From Anaeromyxobacteraceae bacterium (lineage in GTDB: Bacteria > Myxococcota > Myxococcia > Myxococcales > Anaeromyxobacteraceae): a stretch of DNA of 64,000 bases. Both the position numbers and the translations under genes were made by a program. The stretch is taken from assembly GCA_047602405.1 (NCBI GenBank), contig JASGHJ010000002.1, forward strand, positions 2,016,001 through 2,080,000. Direction: 5' to 3'. Every line of letters starts with the position of its first letter. The first letter of the stretch is position 1. The notes under the pieces were generated by a model. The model saw only the letters and a list, made by a program, of their open reading frames with translations. It ran no database searches and was not told where the DNA came from. This document shows, piece by piece, positions 53,822 to 63,306 of this stretch.

Positions 53822-55135
53822 GTGCGCGCGTCCCTGCTCGCCCTCGCGGCGGTGCTCCTCGCCGAGGCGCTCGGCGTCTCGCACGGCAACCTGAGCAGGA
53901 CCGCGCTCGTGCTCGTGCTGCTCGGGGTCGTCGCGGTGGCGCTCGCCGTCGCGTCGCCCGGGCAGGGCCGGCCCCCCTGGGCCGAGGTCGCGCTCGGCGC
54001 CGGGATCGCGGCAGGCTTCGCCTACAACGCGCTGTTCCAGCCCGGCTGGCACGCGACCCACGCGCTCATGCCCGCGTTCCGTCCGGTGCTCGCCCTGGCG
54101 GCGGTGCTCGCCGCCACCTACGCCTGGACGGATGCGCCCCCGGTGCTCCGGCGAGCCCGCCCCCTCGCGCTCGCGGCGCTCTGGCTCGTGCTCGTCGCGC
54201 TGGTGTTTCGGGCCTACCCGGCACCGCGCATCGACGTCTGGGACCTGCAGCAGGGCGCGGTCGCCGGCCTGCTCCGCGGCCAGGACCCGTACGCGCTCGC
54301 GTACCCGAACACCTACGGCCCGGGGACCTCGCTCCTCTCTCCCCGCGTGCTCTCGCCCGACGGGGCCGAGATCCTTGGCTTCCCCTACCCGCCCCTCGCC
54401 ATCCTCGCCGGCGTCCCAGGCTTCGCGCTCCTCGGGGACGTGCGCTGGTCGCATGCGGCGCTCACCCTCGCAGCCGCCGCCGGGATCTGGCTGCTCGGAC
54501 GCCGGGGCCGCACGGCGGAGCTCGCCGCGCTGCTCGTGCTCTTCCAGCCGAACGGGTTCTTCCTGGTGGAGCAGGCCTGGACGGAGCCGGTGGTGCTCGC
54601 GTGCCTCGTCGGCCTCGCGCTCGCGCTCCAGCGTCGCCCGGAGTCGGTCTGGCCGGGCGTCGCAGCCGGGCTCGCCCTCGCGGCGAAGCAGTACACCCCG
54701 CTCCTCCTCGTGCCGCTCCTCGCGGCCGAGCCGCCGCGGGCGCGCCTCCGGGGGGCGGCGGTCGCGGCCGCGGTGGCGGCCGTGATCTACGTGCCGTTCG
54801 CGGTGTGCGACCCCGCGGCCTTCTGGCACAGCCTCGTCGAGTTCCAGCTCGCCCAGCCGTTCCGGAGCGACTCGCTCTCGGCCTCGGCGCTCCTGTTCCG
54901 CCGCCTCGGTGTGCAGCTCCCGGACTGGTTCGGGTTCGCCGCCGCCGGGGCGGTGGTGGCCCTCGGCTGGAGGCGCGCGCGGGAGCCGGCCGGCGCGCTC
55001 GCCGTCGCGGCGCTCGCGTGGCTCGTGCTGATCCTCCTCGCGAAGCAGGCGTTCGCGAACTACTACGGGCTCGCGGTGGGGATGCTCGCGGCGGGGGTGG
55101 CGGCAGTGCCCCCGCCCCGGCCCGACGGCCTGTAG
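53822..55135 (+). CDS. Polytopic membrane protein, GT87-like glycosyltransferase
   Basis: GTG after GGAGG; RIDV...LLRGQDPY, FPYPP, GDVRW, LAAKQY, FANYY. Confidence 0.65.
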   Translation: MRASLLALAAVLLAEALGVSHGNLSRTALVLVLLGVVAVALAVASPGQGRPPWAEVALGAGIAAGFAYNALFQPGWHATHALMPAFRPVLALAAVLAATYAWTDAPPVLRRARPLALAALWLVLVALVFRAYPAPRIDVWDLQQGAVAGLLRGQDPYALAYPNTYGPGTSLLSPRVLSPDGAEILGFPYPPLAILAGVPGFALLGDVRWSHAALTLAAAAGIWLLGRRGRTAELAALLVLFQPNGFFLVEQAWTEPVVLACLVGLALALQRRPESVWPGVAAGLALAAKQYTPLLLVPLLAAEPPRARLRGAAVAAAVAAVIYVPFAVCDPAAFWHSLVEFQLAQPFRSDSLSASALLFRRLGVQLPDWFGFAAAGAVVALGWRRAREPAGALAVAALAWLVLILLAKQAFANYYGLAVGMLAAGVAAVPPPRPDGL

Positions 55136-55146
55136 AATGCGCGGGC

Positions 55147-57438
55147 TTGCCGCCCGCTCCGTCTGCCCGCCGCGCCGCCCTCGCCGCCGCCGCGTGGCCA
55201 CTCACCGCCGCCCTCGCCTCGATCGCCCCGCTCCTCGCGGTGCTCGCCTCCGGCCACTCCCTCGTCTGGCGCGACACCGCCCAGCTCATGGGCCCGCTCC
55301 GACCCGCGATCGTGGCGGCGCTGCGCGCGGGGCACCTCCCGACCTGGAACCCGTGGGAGGGCACAGGGCAGCCGCTTCTGGGTCAGTACCTGCACGGACT
55401 CCTGCACCCGCTCTCCCTCGCGGTCGCCGCGGTGACCGACTCGATGGATGCGCTCCTCGTGGCCATGGTGGCGTTCGCCGCCGCGGGCGCGTGGGCCGCT
55501 GCGCGCACGCTCCGCGCCTCGCCGCTCGCCGCGCTCGCCGCGGGGCTCGCGTATGGGCTGTCGGGCTACGTGCTCGGCATGACGTCCAACGCCCAGTACC
55601 TGCTCTCGTCGGCGACGGGGCCGTGGGCCGTGGCGGGGCTGGTGCTCGCAGCGACGTCGCCGCGCGGCTGGCTCGCGGCGGCGACCGGAGTCGCGGCGCT
55701 CGCGCTCTCCGGAGACCCGGGCGCGGTGATCGCCTTCGGCGCGGTCGGGCTCGCCCTCGCCGCGGCCGAGGCCGGCCTGCGCCGCGCGTGGCCGGCGCTC
55801 GCCGGCGCCGCGGCCGGCGTGGCGCTCGCGGCGGTGCAGCTGGTGCCGACCGCGGTAGCGCTCTCGGACAGCCTGCGCGGGCTCGGCGTCCTCTCGGACG
55901 CGGATCGCCTGCGCTGGGCGCTCGCGCCCAAGCGGCTCCTCGAGCTCGCCGCCCCGGGGCTCGCGGTGGGGATCCCATCGAGCTACGAGGCCCCCGTGTT
56001 CGCCGCGCTCGACGGCTCCACCCCCGACCGCTTCCCGTTCGCGCCGAGCGTGTACGTCGGGGCCGTGGTGATGGCGCTCGCGGCCGCGGGGATGCTGCGC
56101 GACCGGCGCGGCAAGGTGCTCGCGGCGCTGGCCGCCATGCTGCTCTGGCTCGCGCTCGGCCACTGGCTCGGCGCCCAGCAGGCGCTCTCGTGGGTCCCGG
56201 TCTGGGGCACGCTCCGGTACTGGGAGAAGCTCGTCGCGCCGCTCACGCTCGTGCTCGGGCTCGCGGCGGCCGCCGGGGTGGACGGCCTGGAGGCGCCGGA
56301 TGGTCGGCAGCGCCTGCGCCGGCTGTGCGGGAGGCTGGCCCTGGGTCTCGCCATTGCCGCGGGCCCGTACCTCCTCGGCTGGCTCTCGCACGGGGGCGGC
56401 GCCCCCGTCTCGGAGCGGGCGCTCGTCGGCGTGGCGCACGCCCTCGGCGGACTAGCGCTCCTCGCCGGAGGCCTCCTCGCACCCACGCGCTGGACCACCG
56501 CCGCGGCCGTGGCGGCCATCGCGATCACCGGCGCCGCGGCGAGCCCGTTCGCCCTGCACGCGGGGTCGCGCGCGGCGCTCGACACGCGTCCGCCTGCCCT
56601 CGACGCGGCACCGCCCGGGGCCCGCCTCGCCGCGCCGCTCGGCTGCGACTTCCCCGGTGGCGCCGGGGCGCTCGACGCCGCCGATCTCCTCGCCCTCTGC
56701 GAGCGCCGCTCCGGGCGGCCCTCCACGAACGCCGCCTCGCGCACCGACAGCTTCCCGACCTACAGCGCGCTCGCGCCCCGCCGCTGGGAGAGCGTATTGG
56801 GCGCGGGGCCGTACTTCTGGGAGCTCGCGCGGCGGTTCTCGACGACGCACGTGGTCTCCCGGCTCCCCGCGAACGACGCGGAGGCGCGGGCCCTCGAGGC
56901 CGCGACCGCGCTCGCCGGCCCCGCGCTCCGGCTCGACGGCGGCGGCCTGCTCGTGTTTCCCCTGCCCCACCGCCCCTGGGCGTCCTTCGCCCCCGCGGTG
57001 GTCCCGGCGAGCGGGCCGGACACCGCCGCCGAGGCACTCGGGCGCGTGCTCGAGGCGGGCTCGCCCGCGGTTGTGGTCGAGGGCCAGGCGCCCGACGGCA
57101 CCTCACCGGGCAGGGTGCTGGACCTCGGCCGCGAGGACGTCCACCTCTGGGTCGAGGCGGAGACCGCGGGGCCCGGGGTGCTCGTCGTGAACGACGCATG
57201 GGCGCCGGGATGGCGCGCGACGATCGACGGCCGCGAGGTCGCGATCCTGCCCGCGGACCTGCTCGTCCGCGCCGTCGCCTGGCCCGCCGGCCGGCATCGC
57301 CTGGAGATGTGGTACGAGGCGCCCGGTCTCCGGGCCGGGCAGGCCATCTCGTTGACCGCGCTCCTCGCGTGCGCGGCGGCCTTGTGGTGGCAACACCGCC
57401 GGACCGCGGCCGTGGATCGGCCGGGTCCCACCCGCTAG
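55147..57438 (+). CDS. YfhO-family membrane protein (GT-C)
   Basis: WRDT, GHLPTWNPWEGTGQPLL, LHPL, AVQLVP; C-terminal LVVNDAWAPGWRATIDG...VRAVAWPAGRHRLEMWY plus a TM; start approximate. Confidence 0.8.
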   Translation: MPPAPSARRAALAAAAWPLTAALASIAPLLAVLASGHSLVWRDTAQLMGPLRPAIVAALRAGHLPTWNPWEGTGQPLLGQYLHGLLHPLSLAVAAVTDSMDALLVAMVAFAAAGAWAAARTLRASPLAALAAGLAYGLSGYVLGMTSNAQYLLSSATGPWAVAGLVLAATSPRGWLAAATGVAALALSGDPGAVIAFGAVGLALAAAEAGLRRAWPALAGAAAGVALAAVQLVPTAVALSDSLRGLGVLSDADRLRWALAPKRLLELAAPGLAVGIPSSYEAPVFAALDGSTPDRFPFAPSVYVGAVVMALAAAGMLRDRRGKVLAALAAMLLWLALGHWLGAQQALSWVPVWGTLRYWEKLVAPLTLVLGLAAAAGVDGLEAPDGRQRLRRLCGRLALGLAIAAGPYLLGWLSHGGGAPVSERALVGVAHALGGLALLAGGLLAPTRWTTAAAVAAIAITGAAASPFALHAGSRAALDTRPPALDAAPPGARLAAPLGCDFPGGAGALDAADLLALCERRSGRPSTNAASRTDSFPTYSALAPRRWESVLGAGPYFWELARRFSTTHVVSRLPANDAEARALEAATALAGPALRLDGGGLLVFPLPHRPWASFAPAVVPASGPDTAAEALGRVLEAGSPAVVVEGQAPDGTSPGRVLDLGREDVHLWVEAETAGPGVLVVNDAWAPGWRATIDGREVAILPADLLVRAVAWPAGRHRLEMWYEAPGLRAGQAISLTALLACAAALWWQHRRTAAVDRPGPTR

Positions 57439-57439
57439 G

Positions 57440-58393
57440 ATGCGCGCGCCGATGCCCGCCTGCCCTCACCCGCCCGACCGCGCGCGCGTACGCTTCGCCG
57501 CGCGCGACTACGTGACGGGCGACGACTTCCAGGTGGCAGACTGCGGCGCCTGCGGACTCGCGGTCACGCTGCCCACGCCCGCCGATCTCGGCCGCTACTA
57601 CCCCGCGGCCTACTACGGCGCCGCCGGTGAGCGGCGCTTCCCCGCGCCCGTCGAGTGGCTCCAGGGGAAGCTCTACGGCTCCCGCGCCGAGACGGTGGAG
57701 CGGCTCGCCGGCAGTCCCGGGCGCGTGCTCGACGTGGGCTGCGGGCCGGGCCGCCTCCTCGAGGCCTTCCGCCGGCGCGGCTGGGAGGTCCAGGGCACCG
57801 AGCTCGGCGAGGACGCGGCGCGCGCCGCGCGGGCGAAGGGCATCCCCGTCCACGTCGGTCCGCTCGAGGCTGCCGGGATCGCGGATGGCAGCCTCGATGC
57901 CGTGACGATGTGGCACGTGCTCGAGCACTGGCCGGACCCGGCGGTCGCGCTCGCGCACGCGGCGCGCCTGCTCCGGCCGGGCGGCGTGCTCATGGTCGGG
58001 GTCCCGAACTTCGGCAGCCCCGAGGCCCGGGCGACGCGCGACGGCTGGTTCCACCTCGACGTGCCCCGTCACCTCGCCCACCTCGACCCGGCCGCGCTCT
58101 CGCGCCTGCTCGGCGAGGCGGGCGTGCGGCCCGTGCGCTGGTCGTTCCTCGCGCCGGAGTTCGACGTGTTCAGCTTCGTGCAGTCCGCCGAGAACGCCCT
58201 CGGCCTGCCGCGGAACCTGCTCTACTCGCGGCTCCGCTCGGCGGGGGCCCGGCTCGGCTCCGCGGGCGCGCTCGCGACCGCGGCGGCGTTCGTGCTGGCC
58301 GCGCCGCTCGGGGTGCTCGCGGTGCCGGCGACGGCGATCCTCTCCGCGCTCGGGCGCGGGTCGTCGGTCACTGCGCTCGCCGTCAAGGGCTGA
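57440..58393 (+). CDS. Class I SAM-dependent methyltransferase
   Basis: [40 protein letters not shown]. Confidence 0.88.
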   Translation: MRAPMPACPHPPDRARVRFAARDYVTGDDFQVADCGACGLAVTLPTPADLGRYYPAAYYGAAGERRFPAPVEWLQGKLYGSRAETVERLAGSPGRVLDVGCGPGRLLEAFRRRGWEVQGTELGEDAARAARAKGIPVHVGPLEAAGIADGSLDAVTMWHVLEHWPDPAVALAHAARLLRPGGVLMVGVPNFGSPEARATRDGWFHLDVPRHLAHLDPAALSRLLGEAGVRPVRWSFLAPEFDVFSFVQSAENALGLPRNLLYSRLRSAGARLGSAGALATAAAFVLAAPLGVLAVPATAILSALGRGSSVTALAVKG

Positions 58394-59153
58394 CGGGCGC
58401 GAGCCTCCGCCCCTGCCCCGAGAGCCGCGCAGGTGACGTCAGCCCCCACCGCGCGAGCCGGAACTCGAGCGCAGTGCCGAGCACGCCGAAGCCGTACTTC
58501 ACGCTCCGGCGGAAGTTGATGGAGGACGCCTCGGCGAAGTAGCGGGTCGGACAGGTCAGCTCGCCGATGTCGAAGCCGAACCAGAGCGCCTGCGCGAGCA
58601 TCTGGTTGTCGAAGACGAAGTCGTCCGAGTTCTCCTCGAGCGGCAGGGTCTCGAGGAGCTTGCGCGAGAACGCCCGGTAGCCGGTGTGGTACTCGGCGAG
58701 CTTGTAGCCGAGGAGCAGGTTCTCGGTGAACGTGAGCGTCCGGTTCGCGACGTACTTCCAGAGCGGCATGCCGCCCCGGCGGGCGCCGACGCCGAGGATG
58801 CGCGAGCCGAGCACGCAGTCGAAGTGCCCACTCGCGATCATCGACGCCATCGCGGGCACCAGCTTCGGCGAGTACTGGTAGTCGGGGTGGACCATCACCA
58901 CGAGATCCGCCCCTCGGGCGAGCGCCTCGCGGTAGCAGGTCTTCTGGTTGCCGCCGTAGCCGCGGTTCTTCGGGTGCACGATGACGTGCAGCCCGAGCCG
59001 GGCGGCGACCTCCTTCGTCGCGTCGCGGCTCGCGTCGTCGACGACGATGACGTCGTCCACGACCGAGCGGTCGAGCTCGGCGACGGTGCGCTCCAGCGTC
59101 TTCTCGGCGTTGTACGCGGGCATGACGACGCACACCCGCTGGCCGACGATCAT
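58383..59153 (-). CDS. GT2 glycosyltransferase (Dpm1/polyprenol-phosphate glycosyltransferase-like)
   Basis: [42 protein letters not shown]. Confidence 0.9.
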   Translation of the reverse strand: MIVGQRVCVVMPAYNAEKTLERTVAELDRSVVDDVIVVDDASRDATKEVAARLGLHVIVHPKNRGYGGNQKTCYREALARGADLVVMVHPDYQYSPKLVPAMASMIASGHFDCVLGSRILGVGARRGGMPLWKYVANRTLTFTENLLLGYKLAEYHTGYRAFSRKLLETLPLEENSDDFVFDNQMLAQALWFGFDIGELTCPTRYFAEASSINFRRSVKYGFGVLGTALEFRLARWGLTSPARLSGQGRRLAPVSP

Positions 59154-59170
59154 GACGAGACCTTAGCGGC

Positions 59171-60058
59171 CTACTGGACGATGCGGAAGAGCTGCACCCG
59201 GTTGTTGTACCGGTCGGCGAGGAACAGGACCCCCTCCGCGTTCGCGCAGAGCTGCCCCGGGTAGTTCACGAGCCCCTCGCTCCAGCCGAGGCCGAGCTGG
59301 CGCCCCAGGAAGCCGCCGTCCGGCCCGAGGGCCACCACGCCGCTCCCGTTCTGGTCGACGACGAGGAGCTTCCCCTGCACCACCGCGAGGTAGGTGCCGA
59401 AGCTCATCCGCTCCTGGAGCCCCTGCGCGAGCGGCTTCAGCGCGGCCGCGGACTTCTCGGCGGAGTACAGCACGCCGCCCACGGCGTCGAGCGCGTAGAT
59501 CGTGCCCGAGGCGTCCATGGCGACGTCGGTGAACATGGCCTTGCCCTTCGGCAGCTCGAGCGAGCGGGCGACGGTGCCGCCCGCGCCCAGGACGAGGACC
59601 TTGCCGGTGGTGAGTTCGAGCGCGAGCACCTCGTCGGCCGGGCCGATCTTGAACGCCCCGACGCGCGCGCCCTCGACGCCCGGGAACTCGACCACCCCGC
59701 CGAAGCCGCCGTTCGCGTCCATCTTCACGATCCGGTGGGTCTTGCCGTCGAGCGCGAAGAGGTTGCCCTTCGAGTCGAGCTGCAGCCGGAGGGGCACGGT
59801 GAGCTGCGGGAGCTTCAGCTCCGTGCCACCCCCGAGGCGGCCGTCGCGGGCCGTGAACGTGAGCAGCCGGGCGTTGCCGGTGTCGGCGACCACGAAGCGC
59901 CCGTCGTCGGTGCAGGCCACGCCCTCGGGCGCGACCAGCGGGCCTTCCTTGGCGTCCGTGTAGACCGTGCCGGCGTGGACGAACGTGAAGCTCGCGGCGC
60001 GGGCGGTGCCGCCGGCGAGCAGCAGGGCGACAGCGAGGAGTGCGCGGGTCACGGTCAT
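59171..60058 (-). CDS. Secreted NHL-repeat beta-propeller protein
   Basis: Signal peptide; APEGVA...VVADTGNARL; YPGQLC...LADRYNNRVQLF. Confidence 0.88.
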   Translation of the reverse strand: MTVTRALLAVALLLAGGTARAASFTFVHAGTVYTDAKEGPLVAPEGVACTDDGRFVVADTGNARLLTFTARDGRLGGGTELKLPQLTVPLRLQLDSKGNLFALDGKTHRIVKMDANGGFGGVVEFPGVEGARVGAFKIGPADEVLALELTTGKVLVLGAGGTVARSLELPKGKAMFTDVAMDASGTIYALDAVGGVLYSAEKSAAALKPLAQGLQERMSFGTYLAVVQGKLLVVDQNGSGVVALGPDGGFLGRQLGLGWSEGLVNYPGQLCANAEGVLFLADRYNNRVQLFRIVQ

Positions 60059-61329
60059 CACCTCCGGTACCGCTCGTGGCACTTCGTGCAGAGCTCGCTC
60101 GTCGTGGCGTACGGCATCATGTGCTTGTACTCGGTGCCGTGCGACCGGTGGCACGAGAGGCAGTTCACCTGCAGGTTCTTGTTGCGCGGGTCCTGCACCT
60201 TCGGGCCCATCGGGTGCGAGGAGTGCTTCAGCCAGTCGTGGCAGGTGCCGCAGAGTTCGGGCACGTCGGCCTTCTTGAGCAGCAGCGCCGTGTTGCCGGC
60301 GTGCGGCTCGTGGCAGGCCGAGCAGTCGCCGTCCTTCACGGGAGCGTGCTTCGTCGGCGAGAGGGTCTGCCGCTTCACGGTGTCGGCGTGGCAGCTCCCG
60401 CAGACCTGCACCTGGTTGGCCTTCACGAGCGCCTTGCCCCGCGAGGCGTGGGGCGAGTGGCACGAGAGGCACGCCTGGCCCTCGACGACCGGACGGTGCA
60501 CCCGGCCCTGGTCGAGCATCTTCGTGACCTGGCTCGCGTGGCAACCCTTGCAGAGGTCGAGCCCGACCTTCTTGGTCGAGAGCGCGTCCGGCGCGGTGGG
60601 CGCCGGATGGCACTGGGTGCACATCGCCTTCGCCACCGGCGCGTGGACCGTGTCGTAGAGGATGCCGCGCACGTTCGAGCCGTGCGGATCGTGGCAGCTC
60701 GTGCACGTGGACTTCTCGACCTTGTAGCCCTGGTGCGCCTTCGAGAAGAGCGGCGAGGTCGTCTTGTGGCAGCCCAGGCAGAGTGCCGGCTCGGCCGCCT
60801 TGAGGATGCCCCGGGCGGCCGCGGAGCCGTGCGGGTCGTGACAGGCGCCGCAGCCCTCGGTCACGGGCCGGTGCTTGAACTTCGCCTTCGCCGCCGCCTC
60901 GACGACCGGCTTGTGGCACCCGGCGCAGAGCTCGGTCTCCGGCTTCAGGAGCACGTTCTTCACGGAGGAGGCGTGCGGGTCGTGGCAGGAGACGCAGCCT
61001 TTCTCCTTGATCACCGGGTGGGTGCTCACCGGCTTCGCGGGCACCACGTTCGCGTGGCAGGAGACGCAGGCCCCGTCGCCGGTGCGGGCGAGGAGCTTCC
61101 CGTGGTCGGCGGCGTGCGGGTTGTGACACCCCGTGCAGGCCCGCGCCTTCACCGGCGTGTGCACGAACGGCTTCTCGAGCGTCTTCTGCAGCTGCCCGCC
61201 GTGGCAGTCGATGCAGAGCTTGCCGTCGGCGCCGGGCTTCAGCTTGAACTTGGGGTTCGGCGCGGCGGCGAGGGCCGGGCCCGCGGCGAAGCCACAAGCA
61301 AGGGCGAGGGCGAGGATGCGGGTCTTCAT
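60058..61329 (-). CDS. Multiheme c-type cytochrome, 16 CxxCH
   Basis: Signal peptide MKTRILALAL; 16 CxxCH counted by hand; paired H-P...CxxCHxPH...LL...LCxxCH units. Confidence 0.95.
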   Translation of the reverse strand: MKTRILALALACGFAAGPALAAAPNPKFKLKPGADGKLCIDCHGGQLQKTLEKPFVHTPVKARACTGCHNPHAADHGKLLARTGDGACVSCHANVVPAKPVSTHPVIKEKGCVSCHDPHASSVKNVLLKPETELCAGCHKPVVEAAAKAKFKHRPVTEGCGACHDPHGSAAARGILKAAEPALCLGCHKTTSPLFSKAHQGYKVEKSTCTSCHDPHGSNVRGILYDTVHAPVAKAMCTQCHPAPTAPDALSTKKVGLDLCKGCHASQVTKMLDQGRVHRPVVEGQACLSCHSPHASRGKALVKANQVQVCGSCHADTVKRQTLSPTKHAPVKDGDCSACHEPHAGNTALLLKKADVPELCGTCHDWLKHSSHPMGPKVQDPRNKNLQVNCLSCHRSHGTEYKHMMPYATTSELCTKCHERYRR

Positions 61330-61337
61330 GGGGCCCC

Positions 61338-63293
61338 TCACTTCTTCTTCTCCACGACGTGGCAGCTGTCGCAGTCCCGGGCCGCGAAGGGCGCGTGGAC
61401 CTTTGCCTTGAAGAACTTGGGGTCCTTCGAGGCGTGCGGGGTGTGGCAGCTCACGCAGTCCATCGCCTTCGGCTCGATGGCGAGGTGGGCGGCCGCGAAC
61501 TTCTTCTCCTTCGGGTCGTGGCAGTTGCCGCACATGTCCTGCACCGGCTCGACCGCGAGCGCCGCGAACTTCGAGGCGTGCGGCTGGTGGCAGGTCGCGC
61601 AGTCGGAGACCGGGTCGTGCGCCTTCTCGGCCGCGATCTTGTCCTTCAGCGTCTTGTGGCACGAGAAGCACAGGTCCGGGGTCTTCGCGAGGAGGAGCTT
61701 CTTCAGCCCCGCCTTGTGCGGGCTGTGGCACTTCGAGCACTGGCCCTGGTCGAACGCCGCGTGGACGCTCTTCTGACCGGCGACCTTCTTCACCTCACCC
61801 GCGTGGCACTTCGCGCAGAGGGCCTTCTCGTCGGTCACCAGCATGCCCTGCACGTTCGAGCCGTGCGGGTCGTGGCAGGTCAGGCAGTCGCCCTTCGCGA
61901 AGGGGCCGTGCTTCGTGCCGTTCCCGGCCGCCACCTCGGCCATGAGGTCGCCGTGGCACTTCTTGCAGAGCGCGGCGCCCGCGTCGCGGAGGAGGCTCGG
62001 GTTCGCCGTGGCGTGCCCGTCGTGGCAGACGTCGCAGGTGCCGTCGAGCACCGGCTTGTGCGTGTAGGCGCGCACGAACCGGGTCTCGGCGTCCTTGTGG
62101 CAGGAGTAGCAGACCCGGTCGCTGCGGGACTTCAGCATCCCCGGGAAGGCCGAGCCGTGCGGGTCGTGACAGGCGATGCACTGCTCCTTCTTGAACGGCT
62201 GGTGCACGACCTTCTGCTTCAGGTCCTCCTTCGACTTCGCGTGGCAGGCCTGGCACTGCGCCGTGGCGGCCGCCTTGAGGAGGGCCGGCTCCTTCGAGGC
62301 GTGCGAGGCATGGCAGCTGCCGCAGCCCTGCGCGGAGTCGACCGGCTTGTGCGGCACGACCTTCTTGTCCGTCACTCCGGCGTGGCAGCGGGCGCAGAGG
62401 GCGTTGCCCGCCGCGAGCGTGAGCTTCGGGGAGGCGGAGGCGTGCGGATCGTGGCACCGGATGCAGTCGCCGGCCTTCACCGGTGCGTGGACCACCTTCT
62501 GCCCACCGGTGACGTCCTTCTCGGAGTGGCAGTCGGCGCAGAGCTTCCCGCCCTGGGAGGTGGTGGCGAACGGCTTCCCGGAGCGGGCGGGCTGATGGCA
62601 CGACGAGCAGGTCGCCGAGCTCACCGGGTCGTGAACCGAGGCCTTGAGGAGCGCCTTGCCGTCGGAGGCGTGCGGGTCGTGGCACTTGCTGCAGCTCACG
62701 ACCGGGTACTCCTCGTGCGCCTTCTTGAAGGCGCCCGACGAGGCGGAGTGGCAGGAACCGCACAGCGCGGCCTCCGCCTTCACGAGGAGCTGCGGCTGGT
62801 CGGAGGCGTGCGCGACGTGGCAGACCGCGCAGCCCTGCTTCTTGAGCGGCTCGTGCACCACCCGCTTCTCGAACGGCTTCCTGTCGTGACAGTCGTAGCA
62901 GGAGGCCGCGCCCTCGGCCTTGAGCATGAACTTCGCGTTCGAGCCGTGGGCGTCGTGGCACTGCGTGCACTTGCCCCCCTTGAGCACGGCGTGGACGTGC
63001 TTCTTGTCCATGCCGAGCTTCTCGGGCTTGTGGCAGCCGTAGCAGAGCTGGCTGCCCGGCTGCTTGAGCGCGAGCTTCGGCACGATGCCGTGCCGCAGGT
63101 GGCAGTCCTCGCAGCGCTTCTCCTTCACGGAGGTGTGCAGGACCTTGTTGCCGAGGTACCGGTCGGCGAACTTCTTGTGGCACTCCAGGCAGTCCTTCGT
63201 CTTGAAGGTCCGCTGCTGGGCGCCGGCGGCGGCCGGGACCGCGAGCGCCAGCGCGAGCGCCGCCCAGAGGCCGGTTCGAAGATTGGCGTGCAC
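61338..63293 (-). CDS. Multiheme c-type cytochrome, 26 CxxCH
   Basis: GTG after GGAG (alternative start 63305); signal peptide; 26 CxxCH counted by hand. Confidence 0.95.
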   Translation of the reverse strand: MHANLRTGLWAALALALAVPAAAGAQQRTFKTKDCLECHKKFADRYLGNKVLHTSVKEKRCEDCHLRHGIVPKLALKQPGSQLCYGCHKPEKLGMDKKHVHAVLKGGKCTQCHDAHGSNAKFMLKAEGAASCYDCHDRKPFEKRVVHEPLKKQGCAVCHVAHASDQPQLLVKAEAALCGSCHSASSGAFKKAHEEYPVVSCSKCHDPHASDGKALLKASVHDPVSSATCSSCHQPARSGKPFATTSQGGKLCADCHSEKDVTGGQKVVHAPVKAGDCIRCHDPHASASPKLTLAAGNALCARCHAGVTDKKVVPHKPVDSAQGCGSCHASHASKEPALLKAAATAQCQACHAKSKEDLKQKVVHQPFKKEQCIACHDPHGSAFPGMLKSRSDRVCYSCHKDAETRFVRAYTHKPVLDGTCDVCHDGHATANPSLLRDAGAALCKKCHGDLMAEVAAGNGTKHGPFAKGDCLTCHDPHGSNVQGMLVTDEKALCAKCHAGEVKKVAGQKSVHAAFDQGQCSKCHSPHKAGLKKLLLAKTPDLCFSCHKTLKDKIAAEKAHDPVSDCATCHQPHASKFAALAVEPVQDMCGNCHDPKEKKFAAAHLAIEPKAMDCVSCHTPHASKDPKFFKAKVHAPFAARDCDSCHVVEKKK

Positions 63294-63306
63294 GGTGGCT
63301 CCCACC

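Noticed and set aside
51880..55146. N-terminal two thirds of the 1852 aa ORF
   Set aside because: Antisense or off-frame to two real genes; only the part from about 55147 is YfhO-like
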